Assembly: GCF_009914755.1 (NCBI RefSeq)
Contig: NC_060948.1
From: the human T2T-CHM13v2.0 reference genome, Homo sapiens
Strand: one strand, 5' to 3'
DNA length: 64,000 nucleotides
How positions within the stretch are numbered: the first letter of the stretch is position 1; every line of letters starts with the position of its first letter. The position numbers and the translations under genes are program-made. This document shows, one piece after another, positions 49,434 to 62,168 of this stretch. The notes below the pieces were generated by a model that saw only the letters and a list, made by a program, of their open reading frames with translations, made no database searches and was not told the origin of the DNA.

Positions 49434-50993
49434 ATGGGAAACACTTCCTCCCAGCCCTATAAAGTTTGGAGCCCTCTCCAGGGTATGCTGAAAAAATTTT
49501 CTCTTGGTTTCTCAGAGGACTATGGAGTCCGCCTTAGAAAAGGCAAGCTCCAGACACTCTGTGAACTAGAATGGCCAAAGTTTGGATTTGGATGGCCCTC
49601 TGAAGGGTCATTAAATCCTATCATTGTTCAAGGCATGTGGCGAGTTGTTACCAGAACTCCCAGCCACCCTGATCAGTTTCCATATATAGATCAATGGTTA
49701 AGTTTGGTTAAAAATCCTCCTCCATGGCTCTGTTCATGTGCCTTTCACAACTCCACCTCCAAAATCCTCCTGAGCCAGGACGCATTTTTGCCTCGACCCT
49801 CAGCTGATTCAGCTCCCCCTGTTTTGCCTCCCTATGAAGAAGAGGAGAGTCTCCCTCACCCAGTTCCACCACCTTACAACCAACCTGCCCCTCTAGCATC
49901 TTCCCATGTCTCTTCCACGACATCCCCTGTGGGCTCACCACCCTTTGCCTCTCAGCTGTGACTGCAGCAGGAGGAAGCAGCCCCTCTACTGCCACTGAGA
50001 GAGGCACAAGTCCCTCCAGGGGATGAACACTCAGCCCCCTCCCTGGTTTATGCCCCTTTTCCTACTTCTGACTTGTATAATTAGAAAAATCATAATCCTC
50101 CCTTCTCCGAAAAGCCTCAGGCTTTGACCTCACTGAAGGAGTCCATACTGCAGACCCATTGACCCACCTAGGTTGACTGCCAACAGCTCCTTTTAACTCT
50201 CTTTATCTCTGAGGAGAGGGAGCATATCCAAAGAAAGACCAGAAAGCACTTCCTTGCATCAGCCGGCAGGCCTGAGGAGGAAGCTAGAGACCTCCTGGAG
50301 GAGGTCTTTCCCTCCACCCAGCCTAATTGGGACACACATTCCTCAGGTGGAAGGAGAGCTTTGGACGATTTTCACTGGTATCTCCTTGCAGGTATTAAAA
50401 GAGCCACTTGGAAGCCCATAAACTTGTCTAAGACAACTGAAGCTGTCCAGGGGCCTGATGAGTCACCAGGAGTGTTTTTAGAATGTCTCCAGGAGGCTTA
50501 TTGAATTTATACCCCTTTTGACCCCATGGCTCCCGAGAATAGCTGTGCTCTTAATTTGGCATTTGTGGCTCAGGCAGCCCCAGATATTAGGAGAAAACTC
50601 CAAAAACTGGAAGGATTTGCTAGGATGAACATCAGTCAGCTTTTAGAAATAGCCCAGAAAGTTATTGAAAACCGAGAATTTGAAAAACAAAAACAAGCAA
50701 CACAGGCAACTGAAAAAGCCGCTGATAAGCCATGTAAAAGACAAGCAAAAATCTTGGAAACCGCTATCCAAGAGGGCAAAAAGGAAAGGCTCCTATTCCA
50801 GAAGATTGACCAAGGACCCTCGGGTTCCCACCAGAAAAATAAAAGAGGTGAACAGGCCCCTCTAGGAAAAGACCAATATGCCTATTGCAAGCAGACTGGG
50901 CATTGGAAAAAGGAGATCCCCCTGCTGCCAAAAGAAAAGTCAGAAAACAAAAAGATTCTCACCCTGCCTGCAACAGAGGAGCCTGATAATTGA
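49434..50993 (+). pseudogene. gag: gag (MA-CA-NC), disrupted
   Basis: MGNTSSQ myristoylation start, LCELEWPKFGFGWPSEGS matrix motif, PPPY late domain, QAAPDIRRKLQKLEG capsid end, degenerate zinc knuckle YAYCKQTGHWKKEI; internal stop at 49959 and others. Confidence 0.93.
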
Positions 50994-53900
50994 TGGGGCC
51001 AGGGCTCCCTCACTCTTGGCCCCCAGGATCCCATAGTAACTGCTACAGTGGAGGACCAGCCTGTACGTTTCCTAGTAGACACTGAGGCAGAACACTCAGT
51101 ACTGCAGACTCCCTTGGGCAGTGTCTCAAATAAAAAAAATAACTGTACAAAGGCAACTGGAGCTATTCAAGAGTACCCTGTCACACGCTCCCGAGAAGTA
51201 AACTTGGGACAGAAAAGAGTGACACACTCTTTTCTGGTGGTTCCAGAGTGTCCTTTTCCTTTATCCTTGGACGAGACCTGCTCCATAAGTTACAGGCCTC
51301 AATCTCCTTTTCAGCTCAGCATGCTCATCTCACACTAGGAAATGAAACTTCCCCAACTGCCCAACTCTTGCTAACTACCTATCTGTCAGAAGAATACCTT
51401 CTGGTTTTACCATCACAATCACCGGAGGAAAATACTAATACTCTTTTGTTGGACATACAGACATTTTTTCCCCAAGTTTGGGCCGAGTCAAACCCTCCCA
51501 GACTGGCTAAACACCATCTGCCAGAGGTTGTAGAATTCTTGGCTACTGCCATACTGGTCCAGGTAAAGCAATACCCCATGAGTCAGCAGGCTAGAGAGGT
51601 GATTAATCCCCACATTCAATGACTGTTACAAGCTGGCATACTTACACCATGTCAGTCGGCCTGTAACACACCATTTTTGCCGGTCCAGAAACCTGGGACA
51701 AATGATTACCAGCCAGTACAATACGTGAGGGAAGTTAATAAATGGACTGTTATTGTCCATCCAACCATCCCTAATCCTTATACTCTACTCAGCCTGCTCC
51801 CACCAGAACATACAGTATGTACTGTTCTTGACCTGAAAGATGCTTTCTTTGCTTTTCCTCTGGCCCCCAAAAGCCAGCCTATTTTTGCAATTGAATGGAC
51901 AGATCCAAGATCAGGAGACACTACCCAGCTGACTTGGACTGAGTTACCTCACCCTTTTTGGGGAGGCTCTTCGGCAAGATCTTATACCCTTCCGAGCTAG
52001 TCACCCTAACTGTACTCTTCTTCAGTATGTAGATGATATTTTAATAGCTACTGAAACTATGGACAGTTGTCTACAACACACAAGGGACCTGCTCTACCTC
52101 CTTCAGGAGCTCAGGTATGGAGTCTCAGCCAAAAAGGCCCAACTTTGTCTTGCCAGAGTGTCCTACCTGGGGTACGAGATAAACCAAGGAAACAGGGCAC
52201 TCACCAGTGCCCGGAAAGAAGCCATCCTGCGAATCCCCACTCCCACCACCAAGAGAAGGGTACGCGAATTACTGGGAGCCATGGGATACTGTCATCTCTG
52301 GATATTGAGGTTTGCAGAGTTTGCAAAGCCTTTGTATACTGCTACAAGAGGTAATGGCCCACTGATTTGGACAGACACTGAGGAACAGGGTTTTCAAAAT
52401 CTGAAAAAGGCTTTAACTGCAGCCCCTGCTTTAGCCCTCCCAAATATCTCAAAGCCTTTTCATCTGTTTGTCCATGAGAGCCAGGGAGTTGCTAAGGGGT
52501 TGCTTACTCAGACTTTAGGACCTTGGAGACGCCCAGTGGCTTATTTATCTAAGAAGCTGGATCCTGTGGCCTCAGGATGGCCAAGTTGCTTGCAAGACAT
52601 AGTGGCTACAGCAAGCCTAGTCCAAGAAACTGATAAGTTAACTCTAGGCCAGAATTTAACCCTTATGGCTCCTCATGCTGTAGAGATTTTACTACAAAGT
52701 GCTTCAGGTAAATGTATGTCAAATACTCGCATTTTACAATATCAGAGTTTACTGTTGGATCAGCCTCACTTGACTTTCTCTCCCACAAGGTGTTTAAATC
52801 CTGCTACACTACTCTCAGATCCAGATTCTAATATTCCTGTCCATGACTGTCAGGAGCTGTTAGAAACTATCAAAACTGGCAGGCCAGATCTTCAAGATGT
52901 GCCCCTGAAAAAGGCGGACGCCACCGTGTTCATGGACAGCAGAAGTTCCCTCGAGCAGGGGATACAAAAAGCCAGTGCAGCTGTTACCACAGCGAACACC
53001 TCAGCGCAGAAAGCTGAATTAATCACCCTTACTCAGGCTCTCCGATGGGGTAAGAATAAACGTATTAACATTTACACTGACAGCAGGCATGCTGTTGCTA
53101 CTGTGCATGTACCTGGAGCCATCTACCAAGAACGGGGGTTACTCACTTCAGCCGGAAAAATTATCAAGAACAAAGAGGAAATTCTAGCCCTGCTTGAAGC
53201 CATGTGGTTCCCTCAGCAGGTGGCTGTAATCCATTGTAAAGGACATCACAAAGAAAACACGGCCATTGCCTGCGGTAACCAAAAAGCTGATTCAGCACCT
53301 CAGGAAGTGGCACGGTCTTCAGTTTGGCCCATAAACCTGCTGCCAGCAGTTTCTTTTCCACAGCCAGATCTGCCTGACAACCCTGCATACTCAGCAGAAG
53401 AAGAAAAATTGGCTTCACATCTTAGAGCAAATAAAAATCAGAAAGGTTGGTGGATTCTTCCTGACTCTAGAATCTTCATACCCCAAGCTCTTGGAGAAAC
53501 TTTAGTCAGTCATCTACATTATACCACCCATTTAGGTGGGACAAAATTAGCCCACCTCCTCCAGAGCTGTTTTAAGATCCCTCATCTACAAAGCCTAACA
53601 AATCAACCAGTTCTCTGGTGCACAGCCTGTGCCCAGGTAAATGCCAAGCAAGGTCCTAAACCCAGCCCAGGTCACCATCTCCAAGGAAACTCACCAGGAG
53701 AAAAGTGGGAAATTGACTTTACTGAAGTAAATCCACACGGGGCTGAGTACAAATACCTTTTAGTATTAATAGACACCTTCTCTGGATGGACTGAGGCATT
53801 CGCTACCAAGAATGAGACTGCTAACACAGTAGTTAAGTTCTTAGTCAATGAAATCATCCCCCAATATGGGCTGCCTGCTGCCATAGGGTCTGATAATGGA

Positions 53901-54560
53901 CCTGCTTTCACCTCATCCATAGCTCAGTGAGTCAGTAAGGCATTGAACATTCAGTGGAAGCTCCATGGTGCCTATCGACCCCAGAGCTCTAGACAGGTAG
54001 AAAGCATGAACCGCACCCTAAAAAACATTCTTACAAAATTAATTCTAGAGACCGGTGAAAATTGGGTAAGTCTCTTCCTTTAGCCCTATTTAGAGTAAGG
54101 TGCACCCTTTATCAGGCTGGGTTCTCATCTTTTGAAATTATGTATGGGCAGGCACCACGTATCCTGCCTGAGCTAAAAGATGCCCATTTAGCAGAAATAT
54201 CACAAGCTAATTTATTGCAGTACATACAGTCTCTCCAACAGGTACAAGAGATCTTCTGCCACTTGTTCAAGAAGCCCATCCCAGTCCAGTTCCTCACCAG
54301 AAGGGCTCTGCCGTTCGTTCCAGCCCAGTGACCTAGTGTTTGTTAAAAAGTTCCAGAGAGAAGGACTAACTCCTGCTTGGAAGGGACCTCACACTGTCAT
54401 CCTCATGACGCCAACAGCTCTGAAGGTGGATGGAATTCCTGCTTGGATTCATCAGTCCCACATCAAAAAGGACAACAAAGCCCAAACAGAAACATGGGTC
54501 CCCAAGCCTGGGTCAGAGCCCTTAAAACTGCACCTGAGTGGGGTGAAACTGTTAGATTAA
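50994..54560 (+). pseudogene. pol: pro-pol (protease, RT, RNase H, integrase), disrupted
   Basis: FLVDTEAEHS (DTG mutated), [12 protein letters not shown] at 52026-52037, AQKAELITLTQAL, IYTDSR, HHCC, WEIDFTE, SDNGPAF, WKGPHTV; frameshifts near 51140, 51260 and 51950; stops at 51620 and 53928. Confidence 0.95.
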
Positions 54561-56388
54561 TTCTTTTTATTTACTTCTTCTGTTTATCCTTGCCTGTAAT
54601 GTCTTCTGTGCCTTCCTACTCCTTCCTCCTCACCTCTTTCACAACAGGACGTGTTTTCACCAATGCTACTTGGAAGTCTGGTACCTCCAAGGAAGTCATC
54701 TTTGCAAATGACTTATGTATACTGTTCCCACAACTGGCTCATACCCACAAAGAGCATAACAACCTGCCAGTCATGGGAGCAGGAAGTGTCGACCTTGCAG
54801 CAGGATTTTGACACTCTGGGAGCCAAGCCGGATGTGGAAGCTGCAAAGCTGCTGAAAAAGGACTCCAAAATTTGACTTTTACCTCTGTCCTCGAAATCAC
54901 CCTGATGCTAGCTGTCGAGATACTTAACAGTTCTTCTGCCCAGATTGGACATGTGTAACTTTAGCCACCTACTCTGTGGGATCAACTAGATCTCCAACTC
55001 TTTCAATAAGTCGTGCTTCTCATCCCAAATCATGTTCTAAAAATAACTGTAATCCTCTTAACATAATTGTCCATGAACCTAATTCAGCTCAATGATATTA
55101 TGGTATGTCATGGGGATTAAGACTTTACATCCCAGGATTCGATGTTGGAACTATGTTCACCATCCAAAAGAAAATTTTGGTTTCCTGAAGCCCACCTAAG
55201 CCACTCGGGCCTTTCACTGATCTAGGTGACCCTACGTTCCAAAAATGCCCTGACAAAGTTGATTTAATTGTTCCTCCACCATTCTCAGTTCCTAAGACCC
55301 AGCTGCAAAGACAATAACTCCAACCCAGTCGGATGTCTATACTTGGTAGAGTACATAATTTCCTTAACCTCACCCAGACTAAACTAGCCCAGGATTGTTG
55401 ACTATGTTTAAAAGCAAAACCCCCTTATTCTGTAGGATTAGGAGTAGAGGTGACACTTAAAAGTGGTCCTTTATCCTGTCACACATGACCTCGTGCTTTC
55501 ACATTAGGAGATGTGTCTGGAAATGCTTCTTGTCTAATTAGTACTGGGCATGACTTATCTATTTCTCCTTTTCAGGATGTTTGTAATTAGTCTCTGCTTA
55601 CTCCCATGAGGATCTCAGTCTCTTACCAAGCACCTAACAAAACCTGGCTGGCCTGCACCTCAGGTCTCACTCGCCGCATTAATGGAACTGAACCAGGACC
55701 TCTCTTGTGTGTTCTGGTTCATGTTCTTCCCCAGGTATACGTGTACAGTGGATCAGAAGGACAACTCCTCATCGCTTCCCTGGAATTATATCCCAGGCTA
55801 CACCAAGCTGCCCCACTACTGTTTCCTCTATTAGCTGTTCTCAGCATAGCTGGATCAGCAGACATTGGCATGGCTGCCCTGGTTCAGGGAGAAACTGGAC
55901 TAATGTCCTTGTCTCAACAGGTAGATGCTGATTTAAATAACCTTCAGTCTGCCATAGATATACTACATTCTCAGGTAGAGTCTCTAGCTGAAGTAGTGCT
56001 TCAAAACCGCCGAGGTCTAGATCTGCTGTTCCTCTCTCAAGGAGGATTATGTGCAGCTCTAGGAGAAAGCTCTTGTTTTTACACCAATGAATCTGGACTC
56101 ATAAAAGATAAACTCCAAAAAGTTCAAGAAAATCTAGATAGGTGACAACAAGAATGAGAAAATAACACACCCTGGTATCAAAGCTTGTTCAACTGGAACC
56201 CTTGGCTAACTACTTTAATCACTGGGTAAGCTGGACCCATCATCATCATATTATTGAGTTTGATTTTTGGGCCTTGTATATTAAACTGGTTCCTTAATTT
56301 TGTAAAGCAATGCATAGACTCTGTCAAACTTATGTTTCTAAGAACTCAATATAACCCCCTTGCTGTAACTGAAGAATCAACGATTTGA
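54494..56388 (+). pseudogene. env: env (SU-TM), disrupted by stops
   Basis: MGPQAWVRALKTAP start overlapping the pol end; CWLC motif reads C*LC at ~55396; immunosuppressive domain LQNRRGLDLLFLSQGGLC; membrane-spanning region then EESTI*. Confidence 0.93.
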
Positions 56389-56395
56389 TTCCCCT

Positions 56396-56413
56396 AAAAC
56401 ACAAGTGGGGAAA
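56396..56413 (+). promoter_or_regulatory. Polypurine tract
   Basis: AAAACACAAGTGGGGAAA immediately before the 3' LTR. Confidence 0.75.
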
Positions 56414-57063
56414 TGAAATGCCTAACCTTGTTTTTACTCTAACTCATTACTTTGAATTTTGTCCTGCTTGTCTCTTTAATCACCTATCCTTGCTTCTCAT
56501 GTAAATAAGACTCTCTGTAGCTGAGAAGGTCGGACCAACTCCAATTGACCCCTTAATTTATAAGACACTAAGGGCTCCTTACCCAACCCCCTTTTGTAAG
56601 GAGTTGGCCTGGGTAAACAGATCCTCAGCATTTCAAAAGAGCCCAAGTAACTGACAAGGTACTAACACCAACAATGTATGAAGTTCCCAGGATTTTTCTC
56701 AAAGAGATGACAACATAAAACCTGGAGTTCATGTCTGGCATAGACCCTATATCTAATTATAATGAAAGATTTAGAACCTTGCACCTACTACCATTGCTCT
56801 TCTTGTAACCATTTGTCTTTTAAGTTGTTTATTTCTCTGTAACCAGTTTGCTTCTTTTGATTCTTGCATGTTTTTACTTCTGTAGAATTATTGCATTTGA
56901 GTCCCCCTCCTCTTCCTAAACCTAGGTATAAAAGTTAATCAAGCCCCTTCCTCGGGGCCGAGAGAATTTTGAGCATTAGCCATCTCTTTGGCGCCCAGCT
57001 TAATAAAGGACTCTTAATTCATCTCAAAGTGTGGTGTATTTTTTAACTTGCTTGGGTACAACA
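56414..57063 (+). repeat. 3' LTR (LTR6 family)
   Basis: TG...CA termini, TATAAAA at 56927, AATAAA at 57002; about 32 substitutions versus the 5' LTR by hand count. Confidence 0.95.
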
Positions 57064-57173
57064 ATTAAGAATCTGCTTGAGTAAAGAAATAAGGCCAACC
57101 AGCTCTTGTGAAAGAATCATTAAAAATATACAGAAAAACCTATCATGTATATTATTTTTAAATATCACCAAAT

Positions 57174-58683
57174 TCACATAGAGGTCTTTATAGTGTTCTC
57201 TGATGGTAGTTTGTATTTCTGTGGGATCGGTTGTGATATCCCCTTTATCATTTTTTATTGCATCAATTTGATTCTTATCTCTCTTCTTGTTTATTAGTCT
57301 TGCTACCAGTCTATCAATTTTGTTGATCTTTTCAAAAAACAAGCCCGTGGATTCATTGATTTTTTGAAGGGATTTTTGTGTCTCTGTCTCCTTCAGTTCT
57401 GCTCTGATCTTAGTCATTACTTGCCTTCTGCTAGCTTTGGAATGTGTTTGCTCTTCATTCTCTAGTTCTTTTAATTATGATGCTAGGGTGTCAATTTTAG
57501 ATCTTTCCTGTTTTCTCTTGTGGGCATTGAGTGCTATAAATTTCCCTCTACACACTACTTTAAATGTGTCCCAGATATTCTGGTGTATTTTTTCTTTGTT
57601 CTCATTGGTTTCATAGAACATCTTTATTTTGGCCTTCATTTCATTATGTACCCAGCAGTCATTCAGGAGCAGGCTGATCAGTTTCCATATAGTTGAGCAG
57701 TTTTGAGTGAATTTCTTAATCCTGAGTTCTAGTTTTATTTCTCTGTGGTCTGAGAAAGAGTTTGTTATAATTTCTGTTCTTTTACATTGCTGAAGAGTGC
57801 TTTACTTCCAACTATGTGGTCAATTTTGGAATAGGTGTGGTGTGGTGCCGAGAAGAATGTATATTCTGTTCATTTGGGGTGGAGAGTTCTGTAGATGTCT
57901 ATTAGGTCCGTTTGGGGCAGAGCTGAGTTCAATTCCTGGATATCCTTTTTAACTTTATGTCTCGTTGATCTGTCTAACGTTGACAGTGGGGTGTTAAAAT
58001 CTCCCATTATTATTATGTGGGAGTCTAAGTCTCTTAGTAGGTCTCTAGGGACTTGCTTCATGAATCTGGGTGGTCCTGTATTGGGTGCATATATATTTAG
58101 AATAGTTAGCTCTTCTTGTTGAATTGATTCCTTTACCATTATGTAATGACCTTCTTTGTCTCTTTTGATCTTTGTTGGTTTAGAGTCTGTTTTATCAGAG
58201 ACTAGGATTGCAACCCTGCCATTTTTGTTTTCCATTTGTTTGGTAGATATTCCTTCATCTCTTTATTTTGAGCCCATGTGTGTCTCTGCACATGAGATGG
58301 GTCTCCTGAATACAGCACATTGATGGGTCTTGACTCTTTATCCAATTTGCCAGTCTGTGTCTTTTAGTTGGAGCATTTAGCCCATTTACATTTAAGGATA
58401 ATATTGTTATGTGTGAATATGATCCTTTCATTATGACATTAGCTGGTTATTTTGTTCATTAGTTGATGCAGTTTCTTCCCAGCATCAATGGTCTTTACAA
58501 TTTGGCATGTTTTTGCAGTGGCTGGTACCAGTTGTTCCTTTCCATGATTAGTACTTCCTTAAGGAGATCCTGTAGGTAGGCCTGGTGGTAACAAAATCTC
58601 TCAGCATTTGCTTCTCTTTAAAGGATTTTATTTCTCTTTCACTTGCGAAGCTTAGTTTGGCTGGATATGAAATTCTGGTTTGA
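57174..58683 (-). mobile_element. L1PA inverted 5' segment (end of ORF1, spacer, ORF2 endonuclease)
   Basis: Minus-strand ORFs [16 protein letters not shown] (ORF1), VAILVSDKTD..LNIYAPN..MGDFNTPLS (endonuclease) and [15 protein letters not shown]. Confidence 0.95.
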
Positions 58684-61478
58684 TGCAAGTAAACTAGAAA
58701 ATCTGGAAGAAATCGATAAATTCCTGGACACATACACCCTCTCAAGACTAAAACAGGAAGAAGTTGAATCCCTGAATAGACCACCAACAGGGTCTGAAAT
58801 TGAGGCAATAATTAATTGCCTAACAACCTAAAAAAGTCCAGGACCAGATGGATTCACAGCCAAATTCTATGCGACATACAAGGAGGAGCTAGTACCATTC
58901 TTTCTGAAACTATTACCATCAATGGAAAAGGAAAGAATCCTCCCTAACTCAGTTTATGAGGCCAGCGTCATCCTGATACCAAAGCCAGGCAGAGACACAA
59001 CAAAGAAAGAATTTTAGACCAATATCCCTGATGAAAATTGATGCGAAAATCCTCAATTAAGTACAGGCAAGCTGAATCCAGCAGCACATCAAAAAGCTTA
59101 TCCATGATGATCAAGTGGGCTTCATCCCTGGGATGCAAGGCTGCTTCAACATATGCAAATAAATAAACATAATACAACATATAAACAGAACCAAAGACAA
59201 AAACCACAATGTCTCAATAGATGCAGAAAAGACCTTTGACAAAATTCAACAGCCCTTCATGCTAAAATCTCTCAATTAATTAGATATTGATGGGATGTAT
59301 CTCAAAATAATAAGAGCTATTTATAACAAACACACAGCCAATATCATACTGAATGAGCAAAAACTGGAAGCATTCCCTTTGAAAACTGGCACACGACAGG
59401 GATGCCCTATCTCCCCACTCCTATTCAACGTAGTGTTGGAAGTTCTGGCCAGGGCAATAAGGCAGGAGAAAGAAATAAAGGGTATTCAATTAGAAAAAGA
59501 AGAAGTCAAATTTTCCCTGTTTGCAGATGACATGATTGAATATTTAGAAAAACCCTTTGTCTCAGCCCAAAATCTCTTTAAGCTGATAAGCAACTTGAGC
59601 AACATCTCAGGATACAAAGTCAATATGCAAAAATCTCAAGCATTCTTATACATCAAGAACAGACAAACAGAGAGCCAAATCATGAGTGAAATCCCAGTCA
59701 CGATTGCTTCAAAGAGAAGAAAATACCTAGGAATCCAACTTACAAAGGATATGGAGGACCTCTTTAAGGAGAACTACAAACCACTGCCCAATGAAATAGA
59801 AGAGGACACAAAAAGTGGTCGAACGTTCCATGCTCATGGATAGGAAGAATCAATATCATGAAAATGTCCATACTGCCCAAGGTAATTTATAGATTCAATT
59901 CCATCCCCATCAACCTACTAAGGACTTTCTTCACAGAATTGGAAAAAACTACTTTAAAGTTCATATGGTACCAAAAAGGAGCCCATATTGCCAAGATAAT
60001 CCTAAGCAAAAGGAACAAAGCTGGAGGCATCACGCTACCTGACATCAAACTATACTACAAGGCTACAGTAACCAAAACAGCTTGGTACCAGTACCAAAAC
60101 AGAGATATAGACCAATGGAACAGAACAGAGCCCTCAGAAATAATACCACACATCTACAACCATCTGATCTTAGACAAACCTGACATAAACAAGAAATGGG
60201 GAAAAGATTCCCCATTTAATAAATGTGCTGAGAAAACTGGCTAGCCATATGTAGAAAGCTGAAACTGTGTCCCTTCCTTACATCTTGTAAAAAACTAGTT
60301 CAAGATGTATTAAGGACTTAAATGTTAGACCTAAAACCATGAAAACCCTGGAGGAAAACCTAGGCAATAACATTCACGACATAGGCATGGGAAAGGACTT
60401 CATGTCTAAAACACCAAAAGCAATGGCAACAAAAGCCAAAATTGACAAATGGGATCTCATTAAACTAAAGTGCTTCTGCACAGCAAAAGAAACTACCATC
60501 AGAGTGAACAGGCAGCATAAAGAATGGAAGAAAAATTTTGCATTCTACTCATCTGACAAAGGGCAATATCCAGAATCTACAAAGAACACAAACAAATTTA
60601 TAAGAAAAAAAAAGAACCCCATAAAAAAGTGGGTGAAGGATATGAACAGACACTTCTCAAAAGAAGACATTTATGCAGCCAACAGACACATGAAAAAATG
60701 CTCATCATCATTGGCCATCAGAGAAATGCAAATCAAAACCACAATGAGATACCATCTCACACCAGTTAGAATGGTTATTATTGAAAAGTCAGGAAACAAC
60801 ATGTGCTGGAGAGGATGTGGAAAAATAGGAACAGTTTTACACCGTTGGTGAGACTAGAAACTGGTTCAACCATTGTGGAAGACAGTGTGGTGATTCCTCA
60901 AGGATCTAGAACTAGGAATACCATTTGACCCAGCCATCCCATTACTGGGTATATACACAAAGGATTATAAATCATGCTGCTACAAAGACATATGCACACT
61001 TAACGTTTATTGTGACACTATTCACAATAGCAAAGACTTGGAACCAATCAAAATGTCCATCAATGATAGTCTGGATTAAGAAAATGTGTCACATATACAC
61101 CATGGAATACTATTCAGCCTAAAAAATGATGAGTGTGTGTCTTTTGTAGGGACGTGGATGAAGCTGGAAACCATCATTCTCAGCAAACTATTGCAAGGAC
61201 AAAAAACCAAACACCAGATATTCTCACTCATAGGTGGGAATTGAAAAAATGAGAACATCTGGACACAGGAAGGGAAACATCACAACTGGGGCCTGTTGTG
61301 GGATGAGGGGAAGGGGGAGGGATAGCATTAGGAGATATACCTAATGTAAATGATGAGTTATTGGGTGCAGCAGACCAAAATTGCACATGTATACATACGT
61401 ACCAAACCTGCACGTTGTGCACAAGTACCCTAGAACTTAAAATATAACAATAAATAAATAATAAAAATAAAAATAAAA
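58683..61478 (+). mobile_element. L1PA (about PA4-PA7) sense 3' segment: ORF2 RT/C-terminus, 3'UTR and A-rich tail
   Basis: [44 protein letters not shown]; 3'UTR GGATAGCATTAGGAGATATACCTAATGTAAATGA; several stops and frameshifts. Confidence 0.96.
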
Positions 61479-61865
61479 ATCACAAAATTCATACTTCAAA
61501 CAAACACTAGTCTTACTGAGTTTTACTACTTGCAGAAGGTGGGTTGGCATAGAACATGATGGACCATAGCCACTTTTTATATATCACCCAATTGCCCATA
61601 ATAAACCCAGAATTTAAGGCTGATCCTGTCAGTTCCTAAGAAGACAATCTTGACACGCACACAATTTTCCATTAAGATTGTTTCCCACTTCTACCTTCTA
61701 GTAATGTCTGTCAGCCCTACACTTCTGAGAATCCAGGACAGCAGGGCACAAGTAAAATCTCCTTGAATTATAACAAATGTTTGGTTTGTTCTTCCATATA
61801 ACACAGCTTTTCTATCCTCAGAAACAATAAGTTGAAAATGTGTTGTGTCAAGATATAGAATCAAG

Positions 61866-62168
61866 TCTGGGAATGGTGGCTCATGCCTGTAATGCCAGCA
61901 TTTTGTGAGGTCAAGGCAGGAAGATCACAAGGTCAATATATCCAAAACATGCTGACTCACATGGTAAAACCCCATCTCTACTAAACATACAAAAATGTAG
62001 TCAGGCATGAAAACCCCTTCCTGTAGTCCCAGCTACTTGGGAGGCTGACCCAGGGGAGTCACTTGAACCCAGGAGGTGGAGGTTTCAGTGAGCCAAGATC
62101 ATGCCATTGTGCTCCAGCCTGGGTGACATAGTGAGATTCTATATCAAAAAGTAAGTAAATAAATAAAT
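61866..62168 (+). mobile_element. Diverged AluS-like SINE inserted in the TRIM60 pseudogene
   Basis: Alu dimer with TAAA tail, flanked by the direct repeat TAGAATCAAGTCT (61856-61868, 62170-62182). Confidence 0.92.

Larger units (their letters stand above)
46903..57063 (+). mobile_element. HERV-T / HERV-S71 gammaretrovirus-like provirus, near full length and defective
   Basis: Two 650-bp LTRs, tRNA-Thr-type PBS, gag-pro-pol-env, PPT, and 5-bp target duplication ATTAA (46898-46902, 57064-57068). Env closely matches ERVS71-1/HERV-T Env as recalled (MGP.AWVR.LKTAP, SYSFLLTSFTTGRVF, WLACTSGLTR.INGTEPGPLLC). Confidence 0.93.

Noticed and set aside
57043-57417. 124-aa ORF with a novel C-terminus
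   Set aside because: Chimera of L1 ORF2 running out of frame into TRIM60P and the LTR end; no promoter or start evidence
59295-60851. L1 ORF2 fragments as an active reverse transcriptase
   Set aside because: Multiple stops and frameshifts, 5' truncation and inversion
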